From Owenia fusiformis (Eukaryota): a stretch of DNA of 64,000 nt. Position 1 is the first letter of the stretch. The number at the start of each line of letters is the position of its first letter. A program made the position numbers and the translations under genes. The notes under the pieces were generated by a model. It searched no databases. It worked only from the letters and a program-made list of their open reading frames with translations, and was not told the DNA's origin. Of the stretch, positions 22,701-64,000 are shown one piece after another. The stretch covers positions 2,728,001 to 2,792,000 of the forward strand of contig CAIIXF020000001.1 of the NCBI GenBank assembly GCA_903813345.2, read 5' to 3'.

Positions 22701-25700
22701 ATGCTTTGCTTCATTCTGAGATTTTTGTTTTAGCCGCTATAATTTCCGCTTTAGAGAAACAAATTTCTTTCTTGTCAGACTCGATCCCTTTTCCGGATTT
22801 GTTTCTTCTGGTGTTTTCTTTGAAGCTCTTGAGGTCTGTATATTTTAGTGGTCTACCCCCGGTTTTATTTTTCGAAGAGGGGAAAAATCATCTCGCTTTT
22901 GTTGCCTCTATCGTCGCATGCGCATCTTGTGCTTTATGTTTCTATAATGCTAGTTAATTCGATTGGCGATATTTTTCAATGAGGAGCGTAATCTTATGCA
23001 CCTCATCTCTTGATTTTTTGATTTATTTTATTCTCGGACATTGATTTGCATTGAATAAAGTTTGACGAGTGCATTCCGAATCTTGTACATCAGATCGTGA
23101 TGTATCTAGTAGATCAGATCGTAATAATGAACTTAGAAAGTAATGATAAGCAAATAAACATCGTTGAAAAGCTATAAAATCTTTCATATTACAAATAAGA
23201 GATGGCTTTTTATGTTGTTCACCATTGAGAATGATGCATTCATTGAAAAGGAAACTGAACCCAAACGTTCATAGACTTTATAATTGAAGTCAGCACTCCC
23301 CGGGAATGCACTGAACGAAACGTTAATTACAGAGGTTGACACATTTTGGGCTATAATGGTCTTCATAATGATTTTTGTAGTGAAAATCTTTCGGTAAATT
23401 ATGCTTATGGAAGTTCCAAATAACTTATCATCTGCTTGCATGTAACGTATTTTTGTAAAGACGTATAAAATGGAAAAGAGTACGCTGGACAAAGAGAAAA
23501 CTCTTTAGCTGTTATCTTTTCATTGTCTATCAATTGATCTGTATGCGTAATTATCGGAAAACTGCTATGTATGTGTGATCAGTGTATTGGTAATCATTGG
23601 AATCAAATCAATCAATTTGTGATTTATAGAAATTACTAATTCACTGCTTTGAGTTCAATGGTATAACCATGTCGATTTTCACGCATGTCGATTGTCACAG
23701 TTTCACATCATATTCGCTCATAGATGGGGCCGTACTAGTTATTTCATAAAATGTTTTCGCTAAAATAGAGTGGATATATTGTTTTCTTGAATAGTGTCCG
23801 TCTTTACACTAGAATGCTGCCCATGTGTGAATTACATCTTGGTCGTTTTTCACAAGAAAAATGGTGAATTTTCAGAAATGTTCAGATAATGCTCATTATA
23901 ATTCAATCACAATTATTATCACGATTTGGAACATGCTGGTCTGATAAACTGAATCAAGGACTTGCTAACAACATATAACTTATTTTTCTCGGATTTCCCT
24001 AATGCCGTGTGGGTGTGTTTAAACGACCATGTCGATTTTCACAGACATTTATTTACATTTACTTTATTTGATCTATATAATTGGTAATAGGGTGAGATCA
24101 AATACAGTGCTCTCATCACACTCTGAATGAATGTTCTCTATTCCAGCATAACCAAAATTAAAAGATGCGACCATTTATTATTGAGATATGACATGTTTTC
24201 AAAAGCGTGTTGTCCTGTTACATTGACAATTTCACGAAATTCACAATTTTGAAGCCAGATATCAACGCTACTTACAATCGGAACGATCAAAAAAGTATGC
24301 TGACGTAGTTCATATAAAGGCATTATATTTTAGAATACATAAAATGATGAGCAAACACAGGTTTAGTTTCAGCTATGTTCAATTACATCAAAAATGTCAA
24401 TTTTTAACACTTATTTGTTTACACTGATTACATCTTCAAAAAAGTTTGGAATAAGTATGAGGGTAGGTATATGTTAAGCCTGGGACTAGGCACTTTATTT
24501 CAATATGTACAGAAAATAACAGAAGAAGCAATTCAGTATCCAAAATAAAGGCAGAGAAATTATTCCAACATGTTTCTTTATTTAAAAATCTTCAGGGAAT
24601 GAAGAAATATAATATAAATATATACTTAGTATACACACCAGATTTCAGAAATAATATAAAAAGATAAAATAAAATGAGACTGGGAGCTAGTCCTGGTAAT
24701 AGAGCTAAACTTTTAAAAGAAACGTTGTTCAAATGATCCCCGTGGATTACTGTCCCCACGACACGTTTTCTTTATACTCAATCGGCAAGAATGCAACTCG
24801 AAAGTAAGAACTAATCATTAGAGTTTAAAAACGTATACTAGTACTTAAACCTTCCTAATGACAACTTCATTGGGTTACTTTGACACCATATCAGGTTGCT
24901 CTCATATTTGCTTATACTTCCCTTTCCGGGTGATGTTTGCATCTTTGATGTACAGCTTCGTCTCCCAAATTATGAGGCATGATAGACATAGTAGCTATAG
25001 TAACTGGCATAGGTTCGAACCAATCTTTTTGAGGTTAGTATATCTAACAGCACAGTATTGGAGAATGTAAATCTAATCAGAAGTAGACTATTTGAATTGT
25101 ATACCTGCATTATAAACGACCGATAAGTTCACAATTGTACGAAAGATACAATATGATATTGATACAATAATATTGTCCAAGGTCAAAATTATGACTTAGA
25201 AGGGATACTAAATATTAGTGATGCTGTTTTGCTCAATTTTGTACTTCTTTATTGTTTATTTCAGATGATGCCTCAAAAGCTACATTGCCTAGATCAGCTC
25301 AGAAAACATATCACTTCTCTTTTTAATTTTAAGGTAGTTATCAATTTCTTTCATCTCGAATCTTACTTTTATTAATTCAGATAGGAAGAATAAGATCACT
25401 CGCCCGGAAAGCAAGAAGGGGTCGTTGGTTCGATCCCCACTGGGTGAAATGACTTTTCACATGCTTTGCACAGGATTTTTTCTGTTTTATCATTAACCAT
25501 AATAGTTCATGATTTAGGCTAACTAATGCGTCCAGGTCAACATGGCATGTTGTAAAATCAATTTAGTGCAGAATCAGTGTTTTTCTGAGATTATATGTCA
25601 AGTTACGATGTCAAGTACTTCTGTAATGTAAGTAAGTGAAGGTCCAATGAGGAAAATAATTACTCATACACTACATGGACGAAAAATTGTTACAGCTCGG

Positions 25701-26813
25701 AATTTGGTTTCAAGTAAACTTTCCTTTTTTTTTATGCCAGCGACATCTTTTAATTTCTTTTTAAGTTATTAGTATTTTACAGGTAAAATGCATCAAAGCG
25801 TATCACATTATTTTTATACAATTTTGAATTTTTACTAAAGTAGAATAAGATCGATCGATTTAATTGACGGTTGTTTTGATTAAATCATAGAGTATTTATT
25901 TAATTATTGCAGTGAATCGGGAATTAATCAAGTACAGCATTATTTTGTTTAATTAGAATCAGAAATATAAGCGATTAAAAACTGAGCAATCTGGCAATAT
26001 CCAGAGCAACCTTGCTAGTAAAGATGTTCCACTTGATTTGTCCACGCCTTCATTGTCATGTATTCGCGTCATGCTCAATTAAAGCATTTATCTCAAATAC
26101 ATCCTATTGTCCAAATGCGAATCAGCTAAATGTAAAATGGCCAAGAAAGTATACGATTAACCATATTCCAAATATAGTCTTGAAAGCAGAATGTAAACAC
26201 GGCAAATACAAACGTGAGTAATAACTTCGAACAAATAATAATACCATGCATTAAGTTGAATGGAACTCTTTAAAATCTACTTTTGCTGTATTCTAGCTGG
26301 TGATTGCTGATGTAAAGCAAATCAGGGCCTTTAAGCTGTGTATTTAAAGTATAAATAGAAAACTACATATGTTTGTCACATACCATATTTACCTGTGATA
26401 AAATATACACAGGTAGCATGTACGACACATATAACTCTATTAAGTGGAAAGTTCGTGAGGTCAGACATATTTAAGGTCGAAGAAAAGTCGTGTGACATTT
26501 AAAGTACGATGAATAAGCTACAACATTTCAAAAGAAGTTGAACAAATATAAAATACAGGATATTCAATATAATACTCAACCGGGATAGTCAACACTCGGT
26601 CGTGATCACTCCATAAAATATATTAAAGGAGAGATAATATTGGAACACACACATTACTCTTTAAGTGAATATACTATAGATTCATAGAGTCGAACACTAT
26701 AGGTTCAGATATTGTGATAATATAAAAACGGTTCTGATGAAGTTGTGAATGATGGGATGTTATTTGTAGTATTACTTGGCATTCTTCCTTGAATATTAAT
26801 AAACCATTGAATA

Positions 26814-26916
26814 GGTATAAAAAGATCTGAATCAGACTTTAAGGACACTTAGATATCAATGATGGAGATAACGAGATAAGGATTTTCATATAAGGAAAAT
26901 ATCATTTTGTGCTATC

Positions 26917-26931
<15 letters not shown>
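26814..26931 (+). promoter_or_regulatory. Candidate TATA promoter and first coding micro-exon (MADKK) of the mosaic protease gene
   Basis: TATAAAAAG at ~26816. ATCATGG context with ATG at 26917 and AAG|GTAAGG donor at 26932; phase 0 matches the acceptor at 31781. Confidence 0.5.
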
Positions 26932-62370
<35,439 letters not shown>

Positions 62371-64000
62371 TAGGAAAGTTACAGGGGCCAGTTACTCAAA
62401 AGCATATACATTATACATAATTGTGAATCTTTTAATCAATCATTGATAATTTTGCCTTTTCTTGCAACTGAATGATTAACTTGATGCCATGATTAAAAAG
62501 CAATTCATTATCCATGGGATATTTTACATGTGGATATGACATGCGGCTTTATAATTTCATAATTCACAATATGGTATTGCAAACAACAAAGGCTTTCGAG
62601 TAACATCTTTCAAATTCAGGATTGAACAAAAATCACTTCCTACCTTGTATGTAAACTTATTACTTATTCTACTCTGCCTGCCTAATGAACAAACAAACAA
62701 ACAAAATTATGCAAAGCTACATGAAATGTCTCAAATTCATCGCTTATTCATTTATCTGTGGCTGTGCAGATCACAGTGTAGAAAAGCCCAGATTGGTTGC
62801 TGAAAAAGTCTTGTTAAGGTGTTTGTTGTATTGCTCCATATGTGCAAATATTCTATGGAAAAGAAATACGGGCACATTGATTATAGGTGTATTTATGTAG
62901 TTTATCCGTTTATCATACACATTTATACCATCATTTGCTTTGTAAAGAGCCTACATAAAAATATTCAAATTTCTTATCCTACTCTTCTTCAGTAATGAAG
63001 CAATCGCATGCTACAGTAAAACCTGTCTTATCCAAACACCAGATGTTCAGATTATAGAGGTGTTCAGATATGCAGGTTTTACAGTAGCCCAGTGTGTGTG
63101 TGTGGTCGCTATACAGATATAATTGACACCAAATGTGTCAACTCTTTATATCATTTGAAATCCCTGGTTAAAGATATTCAGAGTGGTTTTTCACTTGATT
63201 ACACTTGTATTTAAAAAATTAAATCATGTGATGTAGCAACGAGACGTATGTGATAATAGGACCATTTTACAGTATATAAAGTCTGTGGTATTTATAATAT
63301 TCAGGGATAATCACATGTACCCAATCTGATATAGATAGAGCCTTTTTGCTTAGTTTAAGTGACTATACGTAAGTTAAAAATGAAATTGCACCATATTGAA
63401 TGATAAGAAATTGTCATAAAATCCTTAGTGAAGAAATTCCATCGACATGTATTATATTCCCATATGTATACTTGTATCATTCCATTCTTTGAATGGTAAC
63501 TAGATCAATGCATTTTTGACATAAACGAGGCAGGGGCTTTGTTTCTTATTAACATGTTGTAGTACCAGTAACTTACTAGTACTTATTGGCACTAGTGCTA
63601 ACCTATTTGTTAAGTACTACATTTACGTTAAGTGCAGAAGCGCTTGTCAGATGATTTTCTATAAAGGAGCTGCTTTTTTCATGAGACTGATCAAACCAGT
63701 TTATTGTTTTCAAAATCTTGTTTGAATTTTCTCAGATTCAAAAATTTAAATCATTGATTTTTTACTATTTTGAGACAGAGAGCTTACACACTAATTACAC
63801 ACTCCCTCTGGGACATGTTTCTGTATGTTAATTCAACCAATCCATTCTCTTTTGCTTTCTACTAATGATTTACCCCCTATGAAAAATAGGTGTATACTAT
63901 CAGGGGGAAAGTCAGGATCTAAAAGTGCCTCGCTTGGCTACACCCGTGACTATAACAAAAGCAAAAATAAGTATACAATGTACATATATTTATATTTGAG

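Noticed and set aside
25397-25465. Possible tRNA gene (GGTTCGATCCCC B-box)
   Set aside because: No A-box or cloverleaf upstream; more likely a truncated SINE fragment.

Overview
AT-rich, intron-containing animal DNA from an invertebrate (a mollusc or other lophotrochozoan is my best guess; the species cannot be fixed from sequence). Five protein-coding genes are supported by hand-spliced models. (1) Minus strand, ATG at 6312, running off the left edge: a signal-peptide protein with at least 15 tandem DSL-EGF-EGF modules (396-bp period) in one exon of at least 5.9 kb and no MNNL/C2 domain. (2) 9830-11322 (+): a 2-exon, 363-aa protein with two Dact/Dapper signature motifs, head-to-head with gene 1. 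(3) 13258-19133 (+): Arpin, 6 exons. (4) About 26917-62370 (+): a 49-exon, ~2580-aa type II membrane mosaic protease (TM-SEA-Thr-rich-FZ-LDLa-MAM-3LDLa-SRCR-protease-LDLa-MAM-2LDLa-MAM-LDLa-MAM-10LDLa-SRCR-protease). Both protease domains have Phe-P1 activation sites, and three of its exon boundaries have been amplified into tandem arrays (24 x 117 bp, 3 x 131 bp, 4 x 75 bp). (5) 38264-39538 (-): an HS 3-O-sulfotransferase-like ORF nested antisense in an intron of gene 4. Non-coding space holds many non-autonomous DNA elements (hAT with 8-bp TSD, TTAA/Kolobok-like, Helentron-like with internal satellite, Tc1/pogo-like), a decayed transposase and a ~330-nt densely base-paired island. All family assignments come from remembered motifs, not database searches.
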